Origin: Eubacteriales bacterium
GTDB lineage: Bacteria > Bacillota > Clostridia > Christensenellales > CAG-138
Direction: 5' to 3'
NCBI GenBank assembly: GCA_031549625.1
Contig: JAVBPK010000068.1
Location: 1 to 63,776 of the forward strand
DNA length: 63,776 bases
In this document: piece by piece, positions 16,851 through 26,654 of the stretch
Layout: each line of letters opens with the position of its first letter
Position numbering within the stretch: the stretch's first letter is position 1
Translations under genes and position numbers: made by a program
The notes under the pieces: model-generated
Database searches by the model: none
Told to the model about the DNA's origin: nothing
Seen by the model: only the letters and a program-made list of their open reading frames with translations

Positions 16851-18845
16851 CTACAACAAGTTGTTAATATCCAAAATAAGGCTGATGCTGCCGTTGCCCA
16901 GTATGGTGCAGCCGGCAATGCCTTTTAGCCATGCTTGTGAGCGTGAGATATAGAAAGGCATGGGCTTGATAACCGTTTGTTGCTCGCCCAGCAGTTTATC
17001 CACAAACAGGCAATATGATTCTTTATCTCCGTCTATCAAGATGAGAATGCCATCCTGAAATCTTGTGACGTTTGTTTCTATATCAAGCAGGTTATGCAGC
17101 TTTACAACCGAATAACAGTCGTCGCGGATGAGTATCATCTCGTTGCCGTCCGGGTCGAGGAACACATCCTCCGCCTTCGGCTTAAACGATTCGCGGATGT
17201 TCAGCAGCGGCACGATAAACACCTGCTCGCCCACCTGCACCTGCATGCCGTCGATGATGGCAAGTGTAAGCGGAATGCGCAGCGTGACAGTCATGCCCTC
17301 GCCCAGCGTGCTGTCCACGGAAATGGAACCGCCCATTTTCTGAATGTTTTTCGTAACAACATCCATGCCGACGCCGCGGCCGGAAAATTCCGTGACGGCG
17401 TCTTTTGTGGAAAAGCCCGCCGAGAATATAAGCGCGTACGCTTCTTTATCGGAAATTTCGGAGGCGGGCTTTTTCACGAGGCCGCGCTCGATGCCTTTGG
17501 CGATGAGCGCTTCTCTATCCAGCCCTTTGCCATCGTCGGAGATGATGATGAGGATATCGCCGCCTGTATTGCGCGCTTCCAATGTGACCTGACCGGTGCG
17601 CTTTTTGCCCATGCTTTCGCGCACGTCCGGCAGTTCGATGCCGTGGTCCATGGAATTGCGGATGATGTGCATCAGCGGGTCGGAAAGGTTGTCGATGACG
17701 TTCTTATCCATTTCCGTGTCTTCGCCGATGATGATGAGGTCGGCCAGCTTATTTGTTTTTTTGCTCATATCGCGCACAATGCGCTCCAGCTTGTGGAACG
17801 TGGCCGAAATCGGAATCATGCGGATGGACATAACGGTGTCCTGCAGCTCGTCCGTCAGCTTACGCAGCTGGCGGGACGCTTTTGAAAAGTTTTCCAAATG
17901 CAGCCCGTCTATATCCGGGTTTTTGGTTACGGTGGTTTCTGTAATGACGATTTCACCAACCAAATCCAGAAGCTTGTCCAGCTTGTCCAAGCGAACGCTC
18001 ATGTAGCTGTACTTTTGCTGCTGGGGCGCGGCTTGCGCGTCCTGCTGCGCCGGTTCGCGCTGTGTACGGCGATCCAAAGGCGTCTGCGACGGGTCGGGCA
18101 GCTCGTCGAGCGTAACGCTTTCCAGCAGGATATTGCCCTTTATCTTGGCCAGCAAGGTGGGCAAATCCGCAGCGGATTCAATAAACATGGTGAAGCCGTT
18201 CGCCACGATCAGGTCATCGGTATTATCCTTGAGCAGATCTTCCGGTACTGTGGCCACGCGTTTGCACAGGGGCTCGATGGATTTTACCACGCCGAAAGCG
18301 CGGATGTTTTCCATCTTGCATTCTTTTTCGAATATGATGGAGCATTTGTAGAAACGCAGCACGCCTTCCGCGCTTGCGGTCGCTTGTTCCGCCTTTTCGG
18401 CGGGCGCCTGTTCCGCGGCCTTTTCAGCTTTTGGCGCGGCGTTTCCTTTCAGCTCGTCATAATAGGCGTGGATGGATTTCTGTAGCTCGGAAGCGTCCGC
18501 GTCGGCCTGCTGGCCCGCCTGCAGCTTTTCCATTTCGGTGCGCAAAAAATCTTCCGCCGAGAACACCATGTCGCACAGCTTGCGGTGGTCGTAAGCGGCG
18601 TCGATATTGTCCCGGATATAGCCAAACAAATCTTCCATGACGTGCGAAAGCTTTGCCAGCTGGTCAAATTCCATCATGGCGGAAGAGCCTTTGATCGTAT
18701 GGAGGATGCGGAAGATGGACGCTACCTGCTCGGCTGTGAAGCGGTCGCTTTTGTCCGCGACCAGCAACAACCCGTCCAACTGCTCAATCAACTGCAGATT
18801 CTCGTAAATATAAATCTCTAAAAGCGAAGTATCGGCTTGCGTCAT
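16851..18845 (-). CDS. cheA: Chemotaxis histidine kinase CheA
   Basis: P1 motif HTIKGSSAMM; HATPase boxes HIIRNSMDHGIE, DDGKGLD and GRGVGMDVV; CheW-like C-terminal domain. Confidence 0.95.
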   Translation of the reverse strand: MTQADTSLLEIYIYENLQLIEQLDGLLLVADKSDRFTAEQVASIFRILHTIKGSSAMMEFDQLAKLSHVMEDLFGYIRDNIDAAYDHRKLCDMVFSAEDFLRTEMEKLQAGQQADADASELQKSIHAYYDELKGNAAPKAEKAAEQAPAEKAEQATASAEGVLRFYKCSIIFEKECKMENIRAFGVVKSIEPLCKRVATVPEDLLKDNTDDLIVANGFTMFIESAADLPTLLAKIKGNILLESVTLDELPDPSQTPLDRRTQREPAQQDAQAAPQQQKYSYMSVRLDKLDKLLDLVGEIVITETTVTKNPDIDGLHLENFSKASRQLRKLTDELQDTVMSIRMIPISATFHKLERIVRDMSKKTNKLADLIIIGEDTEMDKNVIDNLSDPLMHIIRNSMDHGIELPDVRESMGKKRTGQVTLEARNTGGDILIIISDDGKGLDREALIAKGIERGLVKKPASEISDKEAYALIFSAGFSTKDAVTEFSGRGVGMDVVTKNIQKMGGSISVDSTLGEGMTVTLRIPLTLAIIDGMQVQVGEQVFIVPLLNIRESFKPKAEDVFLDPDGNEMILIRDDCYSVVKLHNLLDIETNVTRFQDGILILIDGDKESYCLFVDKLLGEQQTVIKPMPFYISRSQAWLKGIAGCTILGNGSISLILDINNLL

Positions 18846-18911
18846 AGGTTTGCCCCTTTGTCAACGTAAATTTTCCCGCAGAATCTGCGGGTGACGGCCT
18901 GCCCGCGCTGT

Positions 18912-19268
18912 TTAGCCCAAGCTGCTGAGCGCATTGATAATGACGTCTTCTTTGAAGGGCTTTACGATAAATCCTTTGGCTCCGGAAATAATCGCTTCGC
19001 GAACCATACTTTCCTGCCCCATGGCAGAGACCATCACCACGTTTGCCCCGGAATTGACGGCCAGAATCTCTTTGAGGCCCTGCAACCCGTCCTTTTCGGG
19101 CATGGTAATGTCCATCGTAACGATATCGGGCTGAAGCTCTTTGTATTTTTGCACGGCAACCTCGCCGTTCTCCGCTTCGCCTACGACTTCGTACCCATGC
19201 TTCGTAAGCATATTTTTGATCGATACCCGCATAAAGGCGGCATCATCCACGATAAGCACTCTTTTCAT
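18912..19268 (-). CDS. cheY: Chemotaxis response regulator CheY
   Basis: 118-aa REC domain with motifs LIVDDAAFMR, TMDITMP and KPF. Confidence 0.92.
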   Translation of the reverse strand: MKRVLIVDDAAFMRVSIKNMLTKHGYEVVGEAENGEVAVQKYKELQPDIVTMDITMPEKDGLQGLKEILAVNSGANVVMVSAMGQESMVREAIISGAKGFIVKPFKEDVIINALSSLG

Positions 19269-19383
19269 AAAATTATGAAACCTCCTGTGTTATTGCAATA
19301 TATATACCGATTGCTCATTTCCCTTTTTATTATGTATATAGTATCCTAACGGATAAAATATTGCCAGCTCAGTTATTGTAAGC

Positions 19384-19869
19384 TTATATGGTTTTTTCCG
19401 TTTTGGGCCACGCTGTTTTGATGAGCAGCAGGCCGCTTTCGAAATCAAACGTAATGGTGCGTCCCATATTTCCGCCCGTATCTTCGGCGGCCAGCGCTAT
19501 ACCCCTGCTGCGCAGCATGGTGTGGCACATATCCACATTGCGCTGCCCCACCTTCATGATGTCGCTGTCCATGGAGGAGGCGAACATGTGCGCGCCGCCG
19601 GCCATTTTGGCGCTCAGCATGTAGGGGGAGGCGCCCGCCCGCAGCACGCGTTTAAACAGTTCCAGGAATGCGGTGTCGGCGTATTTTGCAAGGTGCTTTT
19701 GTTCCACATCCATGGGCGCGCGCGGCAACATGATGTGTGCCATACCGCCTACTTTGCTTATTTTATCATAAAGCACCAGCCCAACGCAGGAGCCCAGTCC
19801 CAACGTTGTGATGGCGTCTGGCGCTTTCGCGACCGCTAAGTCGGCGATGCCAATGATGGTATTTTGCAT
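19384..19869 (-). CDS. cheD: Chemoreceptor glutamine deamidase CheD
   Basis: Motifs TTLGLGSCVGLVLYD and GGMAHIMLP. TAATG overlap with cheC. Confidence 0.9.
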   Translation of the reverse strand: MQNTIIGIADLAVAKAPDAITTLGLGSCVGLVLYDKISKVGGMAHIMLPRAPMDVEQKHLAKYADTAFLELFKRVLRAGASPYMLSAKMAGGAHMFASSMDSDIMKVGQRNVDMCHTMLRSRGIALAAEDTGGNMGRTITFDFESGLLLIKTAWPKTEKTI

Positions 19870-20501
19870 TACTCAATCCCCATTGTGCGCAGAAGTACGC
19901 TAAAGGAAGCGACATCCGGCACCAGCAGAAAATGGCCGTTTAAACTCTTCTGGTTATCGGAATCGATAAATTCCGTTTCCAGGAACAATATAACATCGCC
20001 GTATTCGCCATAGGTGGCCGCGGGCAGGTTCATAACCGCGCCCGCCATATCGATTACCATTCGCGGGATGGAATTCGCGATGGAAAGCCCTGTCAGCTCG
20101 GCTATGGCGTTCAGGTATGCGCCGGAAAGGATGTTTGAAACCTCTTCCAAAGCGGAGCGCTGCAGTTCGGAAAGCAGCTCGTCGCTTTTTTCGGCTTCGA
20201 GGCCCATGGCTTCCACGATGGAGGAAGAAAGCGCCTGCGCGTCGTCCGCGCTTTGCACGAGCAGAATAAAGCCGCTCAAATCGCCGTTCATTTCCACCAG
20301 CAGGCTGACGACCAGGTTTTCAGGCCCGCCGAGCAGGTCGCTGATATGAGCAAATTCATAGAAACGGACGTTTGGCACACGCAAAGAGATGGGGCGGCCC
20401 AATAAAGTGGATAGCGCTGTCGCCGCATGACTCGCGCCAATATTTTCCATTTCTTTAAAAAAGTCTAAATGCGTCGCATTCAGCTGGTTAAGATTTATCA
20501 T
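19869..20501 (-). CDS. cheC: CheY-P phosphatase CheC
   Basis: Two CheC-type motifs (EMENIGASHAATAL and EEVSNILSGAYLNAI). 210 aa. Confidence 0.88.
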   Translation of the reverse strand: MINLNQLNATHLDFFKEMENIGASHAATALSTLLGRPISLRVPNVRFYEFAHISDLLGGPENLVVSLLVEMNGDLSGFILLVQSADDAQALSSSIVEAMGLEAEKSDELLSELQRSALEEVSNILSGAYLNAIAELTGLSIANSIPRMVIDMAGAVMNLPAATYGEYGDVILFLETEFIDSDNQKSLNGHFLLVPDVASFSVLLRTMGIE

Positions 20502-20589
20502 AGTTGCCTCATTGCTGCCAAACCGCGCGGCCGGCGAAAATATAATAGTATGGCATACGACCGTATATCGACATATTCCAACATATACT

Positions 20590-20616
20590 ATATCGAATTG
20601 ATTACCTAAAAGGTTA
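20590..20616 (-). promoter_or_regulatory. Candidate sigma-28 (FliA/SigD) promoter TAAC-N15-TTCGATAT for the cheC operon
   Basis: On the minus strand: gatTAACcttttaggtaatcaaTTCGATATag, about 85 nt upstream of the cheC ATG. Confidence 0.35.
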
Positions 20617-20773
20617 ATCTTTTTTTAAAATGATACGATAAATTATTAACCGGAATTTGGAGTTTGTAACGGTTTTTGCGGCTTGTTTTTCCGGGATGCG
20701 CCCCAAAAACGCTGCGCGTTAATAATATATTTATAAAGTGAAACGACCCCCCCTTTTTTTTCAGGAGAAAAAT

Positions 20774-22345
20774 ATGAGAATAGACCTTTCCCAGGTACAA
20801 AACAGATTACAGCAACAGCCCATCCTGATAGAACCGCAGCAGCGAACGCCGTTCGAAAAAGGCGACGTCGTGCAGGCTACCGTGATTTCCACAGATGGCG
20901 AAACGGTGCTGTTTAAAAACGAGCAGGGCGGCCTGTTCAAGGCAAAAATGGCGACGGATATGCTGCTTAACCCGCAAGATAAAGTGGAGCTGGTGGTTAC
21001 GGCAAAAAACGAGAGCCAGCTCAGCATGCGAGTAATCACCGTCGATACAAGCGCCGCAAGCGCGCAAAAGGCGTCCGCGCAGACAAACACGCTCCTGAAC
21101 GCGCTGGACGGCGCCCAAATGGAAAGCGCGCGCGCTGCTTTGGCCGCCTTCAAGGAATCGGGCGTAGAGCCCAGCAAGCCACTGCTTACCGCCGTGCTGC
21201 AAATCATGCAGGAAACACAGCTCAGCGCGAAAGAGGCCGTGTTCTTTGCCGCCAATCAAATCGACGTTTCCGAGGAATCCATCCGCGCATTCCAAAGCCT
21301 GCAGCAGGGCGCTTCCACGGGTGAGGCGGTGTTTGAAATAGCGCAGGAAGCCGCTAGCCTTGCCGAGCAGGCGGCCCAGCAGCCCACCCCCCAAACGGAT
21401 GGCGCGCCGTTGCCTGTGCGCAGCCAGCTCGAAGCCGCCATATTGGCACTGAACGGCGGTAAGGGAACAACCGCGCCGCAAACAAACGCAGCGGCACCGC
21501 AAGCGGAGGCGCAGGCGGCCGCAACGCAACCGCAAGCTGAAACAGCCGCCAGAGCGCAGCAGCCCGCGCCGCAAGCCGCGGCTGATCCGCTAGCTCCGCA
21601 GCAAGCACCGCAGCAAGCCCCGCAGCAAGCACCGCAGCAAGCAACAGCGCCGGCGCTTCAAACGCCCGTGTTGCGGCCGGAGGCGGCCGCCATGGCCGGC
21701 GCGCAGGCTCAAACGGGCGCGCAGGAACCCGCGGGGCAAGGGATGCGGGAGATTTCCGCCAAGCTGCTTTCCATGTTTTTAGAAATCGACGCCAGCACGG
21801 ATGGCGCAAAGATAAAGCGAGCCGCCGCCGAAGCGGCTGCGCAGGAGACCACGCTGAAGGACATGCTGCAAAGCGCGGATATCCGCGGCAAAGCCATGGC
21901 GGGCAAGCTGGCGGATGTGGCGGCGCAATCCAAACTGACGCAGGATGTGCAGCGTTTTTATTGCCTGCATATTCCCGTGCATCATCAATCGCATGACACG
22001 GCGGACATGTATATCTACAAAAACAAAAAGCGCGGCAAGGGAATCGACCCGGAAGACACCGCCATATTGATCGGCCTTTCCACGGAGACGATGGGGCGCG
22101 TAGAAAGCCTGATCCGCGTCGAAAAGCGAAATATTTCGCTGAAGTTCGATGTGGAAAGCGAGGAAGCCGTTCCTTATATACGCGAACGCGCGCGCGAACT
22201 TTTTCCCGTGTTGAAGCAATACCAGTATAATCTGGTAGATACAAAGGTGGGCAGGCTGGCCGAGGCCACAACAATAGCTAACGCGGAGGAAACGCTGGCC
22301 ACAGCAATGCGCAAGCCCAAGATATATGTTGATTGTAAAATATGA
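20774..22345 (+). CDS. Flagellar hook-length control (FliK)-like protein
   Basis: ATG at 20774 follows AGGAGA. The central part is rich in Ala/Gln/Pro. The C-terminal part LIGLSTETMGRVESLIRVEKRNISLKFDVESEEAVPYIRERARELFPVLKQYQYNL resembles the FliK C-terminal domain. It is followed by an FlhB C-domain gene. Confidence 0.65.
   Translation: MRIDLSQVQNRLQQQPILIEPQQRTPFEKGDVVQATVISTDGETVLFKNEQGGLFKAKMATDMLLNPQDKVELVVTAKNESQLSMRVITVDTSAASAQKASAQTNTLLNALDGAQMESARAALAAFKESGVEPSKPLLTAVLQIMQETQLSAKEAVFFAANQIDVSEESIRAFQSLQQGASTGEAVFEIAQEAASLAEQAAQQPTPQTDGAPLPVRSQLEAAILALNGGKGTTAPQTNAAAPQAEAQAAATQPQAETAARAQQPAPQAAADPLAPQQAPQQAPQQAPQQATAPALQTPVLRPEAAAMAGAQAQTGAQEPAGQGMREISAKLLSMFLEIDASTDGAKIKRAAAEAAAQETTLKDMLQSADIRGKAMAGKLADVAAQSKLTQDVQRFYCLHIPVHHQSHDTADMYIYKNKKRGKGIDPEDTAILIGLSTETMGRVESLIRVEKRNISLKFDVESEEAVPYIRERARELFPVLKQYQYNLVDTKVGRLAEATTIANAEETLATAMRKPKIYVDCKI
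21593..21640 (+). repeat. Four tandem 12-bp units encoding (APQQ)4 inside the FliK-like gene
   Basis: gctccgcagcaa gcaccgcagcaa gccccgcagcaa gcaccgcagcaa. Confidence 0.85.
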
Positions 22346-22674
22346 TGGATAACGAAAAAGAAAAAATTGAGCGCAAACAGGCAGCCGCGCTGAAATACGA
22401 CGCCGCCCAAAACCGGGCTCCCTATATCGTGGGGCTTGGCCAGGGCGAGGTCGCCGAAAATATGCTTAAGCTGGCTGCCGAAAAGAATATACCCGTCGTG
22501 GAGGACAGGGGACTGGCTGCCGCTCTGCAGCATTTGGGCATTGGCGACGATATTCCCGAAGACCTGTACCAGGTTATCGCGGAAGTGCTGGTATTCGTAT
22601 CCAAACTGGATGGGGACAGGGGAAAACGCTTCAAACTCGACCAGGCGCTGAAGCGCTTTTCGGGCCCGCGGTAA
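22342..22674 (+). CDS. Stand-alone FlhB C-terminal-domain homologue (EscU/YscU/HrcU-family, YlqH-like)
   Basis: The 110-aa protein aligns with FlhB residues just after NPTH: AALKYDAAQNRAPYIVGLGQGEVAE..IPVVEDRGLAAAL..IPEDLYQVIAEVLVFV. ATGA overlap with the upstream gene. Confidence 0.85.
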   Translation: MMDNEKEKIERKQAAALKYDAAQNRAPYIVGLGQGEVAENMLKLAAEKNIPVVEDRGLAAALQHLGIGDDIPEDLYQVIAEVLVFVSKLDGDRGKRFKLDQALKRFSGPR

Positions 22675-22908
22675 ATAAACGCCAAATAATATGAAAATAC
22701 GCGTGTTTTTATGAAAAGGCCGTTACGAAGCGGCTGGAAATGTTTATAAAAAAGAAGAATATGTTTATGCCCACGCGCACATGCGCACAGCCACGCACGA
22801 CTAAGAGAACGGGAGCAATCACGCTTCTTAACGGCATCAGGCACGGATGGCAAACATGTTCGACCGGAACACACGAACCCAGGTTTTGGCAAGAACGCAT
22901 GGATGCGT

Positions 22909-22936
22909 TAAAGTTGTTCCCGATATTTATCGATAT
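22909..22936 (+). promoter_or_regulatory. Candidate sigma-28 promoter TAAA-N16-ATCGATAT upstream of fliD
   Basis: TAAA at 22909-22912 and ATCGATAT at 22929-22936, about 55 nt before the fliD ATG. Confidence 0.45.
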
Positions 22937-22991
22937 TGATAGCAGCGGGAAGAAGGGACTCTATCATGCAGAACAAAAGGAGTGTTGTAAA

Positions 22992-24584
22992 ATGTCACTT
23001 AGCAGCATTAATCGAAATATGTTGCGTTTAACAGGGCTTTCGTCCGGCATGGATACGGAATCCATCGTTACAAGCCTGCTAAACATAGACCAAATGAAGG
23101 TCGACAAACAATTCAAGGTCAAAACCAAGCTGGAGTGGAAGGGCGATGCCTATCGCGATTTCAACTTAAAGCTGCGTAACTTCCGCGAGAAGTATATGAG
23201 CGTTTTGAATCCGCAGGACAACGTGTTTACCGCTTCCGCCTATAATTCTTTCAAGACCAACATGGTAGACAACTCGGAAGCGTTTACCGTTTCCGCGGGC
23301 AGCAACGCCAACGTCGGCTCCATGGTAGTAAACGAAATCACCCAGCTGGCCAGTTCGGCCACGGCGAAAAGCCAGTTTATGTTTACCGGCGGCGCCACGG
23401 CAACGGTTTCGCTGGATACAAAGCTCAAGGACGCGGCCTTTGCTACGGGGCTTGCTTTCGCCAGCAGGCAGGTAGGCACGGAAGTAGATGAAGAGGGCGA
23501 TCCGGTAATGGAGAATTACATCGCTTTTTCCATCAACGGCAAAGAGTTCGAGTTTAAAGAAGATTCCACATTCAACGAAATTGCTACGACGGTCAACCGC
23601 GCCAATGTGGGCGTAAACATGAGCTATAGCAGCCTGTCCAAGGGATTTACGATTACGGCGAAGGATTCCGGCGCGGCTAGCAAAGTGGAAATCACAAATA
23701 TCGCGGGCAACGCGTTTGCGACCACGGCGGGCGCCGCCGCCTTTGGCATAGCCGAAGGCACGACGTACGGCCAGAACGCGAAGCTGAAAATCAACGGCAT
23801 CGATGTAGAGCGCAATTCCAACTCGTTTTCCATCGACGGCATCCAGTATACCCTCAAAAAACAGATGGATCCGGGCAGCGATATCAAATTCAACGTAGAA
23901 CGCGATATCGAGCCGACATTCCAAAAGATTAAGAGCTTTATCGAGGGATACAATCAGCTGATCGCCGACTTGCAAACCGCTTACGAACAAAAGCCGAATC
24001 GCGACTATGCGCCCCTTACAGACAACGAAAAGGACAGCATGACCGAAAAAGAGGCCGAAAAGTGGGAAGCGCTCGCAAAAGAGGGCATGCTCTACCGCGA
24101 CAGCAACATCGGCAATCTGCTTTCCACCATGCGCGGCGCGTTTTACAGCGTGGTAGAGGGCGCGGGCAAAAGCGCGGCGGACATCGGTTTGCGCACATCC
24201 GACAAATACTACGAGGGCGGCAAGATTGTCATAGACGAAACAGCCCTGCGTGAAGCGCTGAACAGCAATCCCGAGCAGGTAAAGGATATCTTTACCAAGC
24301 TGAGCACATCGACAGACAGTGCCACAGCAAGCAAAGAATCAGGCCTCGTGGTTCGCCTCCAAAACGCGCTTAACGGCTATATCAACACCGTCACTGACGT
24401 AACCCTGCAGACAAATTCGCGTCAGGTCACTGCGGCTACAAGCAAGCTGGAGCAGCTGGAAGACTGGATCATTACCCGTGAAAGCGCATATTGGAGAAAA
24501 TTCACGGCCATGGAAACAGCGATGGCTTCGCTGCAAAGCCAAACGTCTTCCCTCGCAGGCCTGCTGAATAACAGCGGCAAATAA
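22992..24584 (+). CDS. fliD: Flagellar filament cap protein FliD
   Basis: ATG at 22992 follows AAAGGAG; the track ORF extends upstream without an RBS. N-terminus reads LTGLSSGMDTESIVTSLLNIDQ. C-terminus reads ..YWRKFTAMETAMASLQSQTSSLAGLL. Confidence 0.92.
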   Translation: MSLSSINRNMLRLTGLSSGMDTESIVTSLLNIDQMKVDKQFKVKTKLEWKGDAYRDFNLKLRNFREKYMSVLNPQDNVFTASAYNSFKTNMVDNSEAFTVSAGSNANVGSMVVNEITQLASSATAKSQFMFTGGATATVSLDTKLKDAAFATGLAFASRQVGTEVDEEGDPVMENYIAFSINGKEFEFKEDSTFNEIATTVNRANVGVNMSYSSLSKGFTITAKDSGAASKVEITNIAGNAFATTAGAAAFGIAEGTTYGQNAKLKINGIDVERNSNSFSIDGIQYTLKKQMDPGSDIKFNVERDIEPTFQKIKSFIEGYNQLIADLQTAYEQKPNRDYAPLTDNEKDSMTEKEAEKWEALAKEGMLYRDSNIGNLLSTMRGAFYSVVEGAGKSAADIGLRTSDKYYEGGKIVIDETALREALNSNPEQVKDIFTKLSTSTDSATASKESGLVVRLQNALNGYINTVTDVTLQTNSRQVTAATSKLEQLEDWIITRESAYWRKFTAMETAMASLQSQTSSLAGLLNNSGK

Positions 24585-24667
24585 TCGCTTTCTTCCCGCC
24601 AGCCGGTTGCCGGCGTTCTAACGCTGGCAGCCTGCCGGGAGTTTCGGGCTAACATTTGGAGGTAAAC

Positions 24668-25072
24668 ATGTACGCAGCATTGGCGAATCCACAACAAAGA
24701 TACAGGCAGCAGGGCGTATTGACGGCCAACCCCGTCGAACTGGTCGTCATGCTTTATGACGGCTGCATCAAGCAGCTAAAAATGAGCGGCTTGGCCATGC
24801 AGGACAAGAATGACGCCAAAATGAACGAATGCCTGGACAAAGCGTATCTGATCGTGATGGAGCTGGTAAACAGCCTCGACCTGCATTTCCCCATCGGGCA
24901 GGAATTGCTGCGCATTTACGATTTCATTTTAAACGAGCTGGTCACGCTAAGCGTCACCCGCGACAGCGCCAAATTGGAAGGCATGCTCAAAATATTGGAA
25001 GATCTCCGCGACGCGTGGAAGATCGTTGCAAAGGAAGGTCCCGGCAGCGCTATGCTTGCCGACGAGGATTAA
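24668..25072 (+). CDS. fliS: Flagellin-specific chaperone FliS
   Basis: ATG at 24668 lies 6 nt after GGAGG. Motif: YRQQGVLTANPVELVVMLYDGCIKQLK. Confidence 0.9.
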   Translation: MYAALANPQQRYRQQGVLTANPVELVVMLYDGCIKQLKMSGLAMQDKNDAKMNECLDKAYLIVMELVNSLDLHFPIGQELLRIYDFILNELVTLSVTRDSAKLEGMLKILEDLRDAWKIVAKEGPGSAMLADED

Positions 25073-25076
25073 AACT

Positions 25077-25532
25077 GTGGATAAGGTCATGCATGAGTTG
25101 GTGAACAACCGCGTACAAAAACTGGAATTGCTCGACCGCATGCTGGACCTCACCCAGCGGGAACGGATGCAGCTTGTTGAAGATGCGGTTGAAGAGCTGG
25201 TGCAAACCACAGAAGAGTGGCACGCGGCGGCCAAAGAGGTCGAAGACCTGGACGATACTTACCGCAACGTGGTAAAGTTCCTCATGCTGCAGGACACGAA
25301 AGAACCGCTCGGCAACTTTGCGCAGGAGTTAAACGATTACGAAAATAAGGCCGGCGAGTTGTTGCGAGAAATACAGCAAGTACAGATGGAATGCAACGCC
25401 ATGGCCGAACGCAAAATGGAACAATACAAAAGCGAATTAAAGGATATACGCAAGTCCAACCAGCGCGCCAGCTCGTATGCAAGCGCATATGGCGTAGTTG
25501 GGGACGGGATATACTTCGACCAAAAGAAATAG
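25077..25532 (+). CDS. Putative flagellar export chaperone (FliT/FlgN-like, assigned from position and helical character)
   Basis: GTG at 25077 lies 8 nt after GAGGA; an alternative ATG is at 25089. The protein is all-helical and acidic. It occupies the B. subtilis fliT position after fliD-fliS. Confidence 0.5.
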   Translation: MDKVMHELVNNRVQKLELLDRMLDLTQRERMQLVEDAVEELVQTTEEWHAAAKEVEDLDDTYRNVVKFLMLQDTKEPLGNFAQELNDYENKAGELLREIQQVQMECNAMAERKMEQYKSELKDIRKSNQRASSYASAYGVVGDGIYFDQKK

Positions 25533-25556
25533 GCGCAAAAACGGGAGTGGCTGGCA

Positions 25557-26009
25557 ATGCGGATTAAGGACATGCCCAAGGTAGCTGTGGATGCGCCCCG
25601 CCTGGTTTCCGTGGAGGAAAAGCGCAGCGGGGATGGCTTTTCGCACCAGTTCCAAAGGCATATGAGCGATGTGCAAACCGCCGAATATGAAGCATATATC
25701 AGCGACCTAACAGAAAAGGTCTTTCGGCAGGGAAAGCTGCTCGGCGAAAAAGTGGATTTCGCAGAATTCCAAAAATACAGGGAATTGATCATGCAGCTTT
25801 TTCACGAAACAGCCAGCAATTCCTACGTATTCAGCAAAACAGACAAGTTTGATTCGCGCGGAAGGCATAAAGTTTTCACTATGATCCGCAATGTGAACAA
25901 GCGGCTCGACGAGCTCGCCAAACTTGTATTGGAAAAAGAAGCGGATAACATTCAGCTGCTCGATATTATGGATGATATTAGAGGCATGCTGGTCGATATG
26001 TTTTTATAA
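25557..26009 (+). CDS. YaaR-like (DUF327) protein
   Basis: 150 aa. The pattern ..EFQKYRELIMQLFHE..FDSRGRHKVFTMIRNVNKRLDELAKLVL.. is typical of the YaaR family as I remember it. Confidence 0.6.
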   Translation: MRIKDMPKVAVDAPRLVSVEEKRSGDGFSHQFQRHMSDVQTAEYEAYISDLTEKVFRQGKLLGEKVDFAEFQKYRELIMQLFHETASNSYVFSKTDKFDSRGRHKVFTMIRNVNKRLDELAKLVLEKEADNIQLLDIMDDIRGMLVDMFL

Positions 26010-26144
26010 AAAATAGCACGGCCCATGTTTGGCGGTATGTTGCGAGGAGACGCAAGCATGCCGCATACGCATGGCAGGGCAAATTCAAACGTGAGTCAAC
26101 TGCAAAAAGGGCGCTGCCCTGTTGGCGCAGTTAGGGGGGTATAC

Positions 26145-26639
26145 ATGAGCATAGATGAACAGTGGGATAACATTGACGATTCGCAACAAAACCGATATCT
26201 GGCCTTTGCTCTTGATGAAGAGGACTATGGCATCGACATCCGCTATGTCACGGAGATCATTGGCGTACAGCCGATTACCCGTTTGCCGGAAGTTCCCAAA
26301 TACATCAAGGGCATTATTAATTTGCGCGGGAAAGTCGTTCCCGTTATCGATATGCGTTTAAAATTCCATAAAGAATCCGTTCCCTACAACGACCGCACTT
26401 GCGTCATCGTTATCGAAGTGCAGGAACTTACGGCAGGCCTCATCGTAGACAGCGTGACAGAAGTGCTTACCATCGAAGGCTTCAGCATCGTGCCGCCGCC
26501 GGAACACAGCAGCATGGGCGTGCAAAACAAGTATATTTCCGGTATTGGCCGTGTTGGGAATGAAATAAAGTTGCTCTTGGACTGTGAAAAAATATTCTAT
26601 GAAGAAGGCTCCCCGGAGGAAACCAGGGAAGTAAAATAG
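26145..26639 (+). CDS. cheW: Chemotaxis coupling protein CheW
   Basis: ATG at 26145 follows AGGGGGG. Motif: YLAFALDEEDYGIDIRYVTEIIG..PKYIKGIINLRGKVVPVIDMR. Confidence 0.9.
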   Translation: MSIDEQWDNIDDSQQNRYLAFALDEEDYGIDIRYVTEIIGVQPITRLPEVPKYIKGIINLRGKVVPVIDMRLKFHKESVPYNDRTCVIVIEVQELTAGLIVDSVTEVLTIEGFSIVPPPEHSSMGVQNKYISGIGRVGNEIKLLLDCEKIFYEEGSPEETREVK

Positions 26640-26654
26640 GAGGCGTCACATACT

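Noticed and set aside
22740-22991. An N-terminal 84-codon extension of fliD as drawn in the ORF track; similar upstream extensions occur at 512, 3497, 8794, 9447, 9915, 13664, 20738, 26025, 35399, 46630, 56865, 58188 and 60908.
   Set aside because: The extensions lack RBSs, and some overlap neighbouring genes or promoters. Each has an internal ATG/GTG preceded by a GGAGG-type RBS that yields a family-typical N-terminus.
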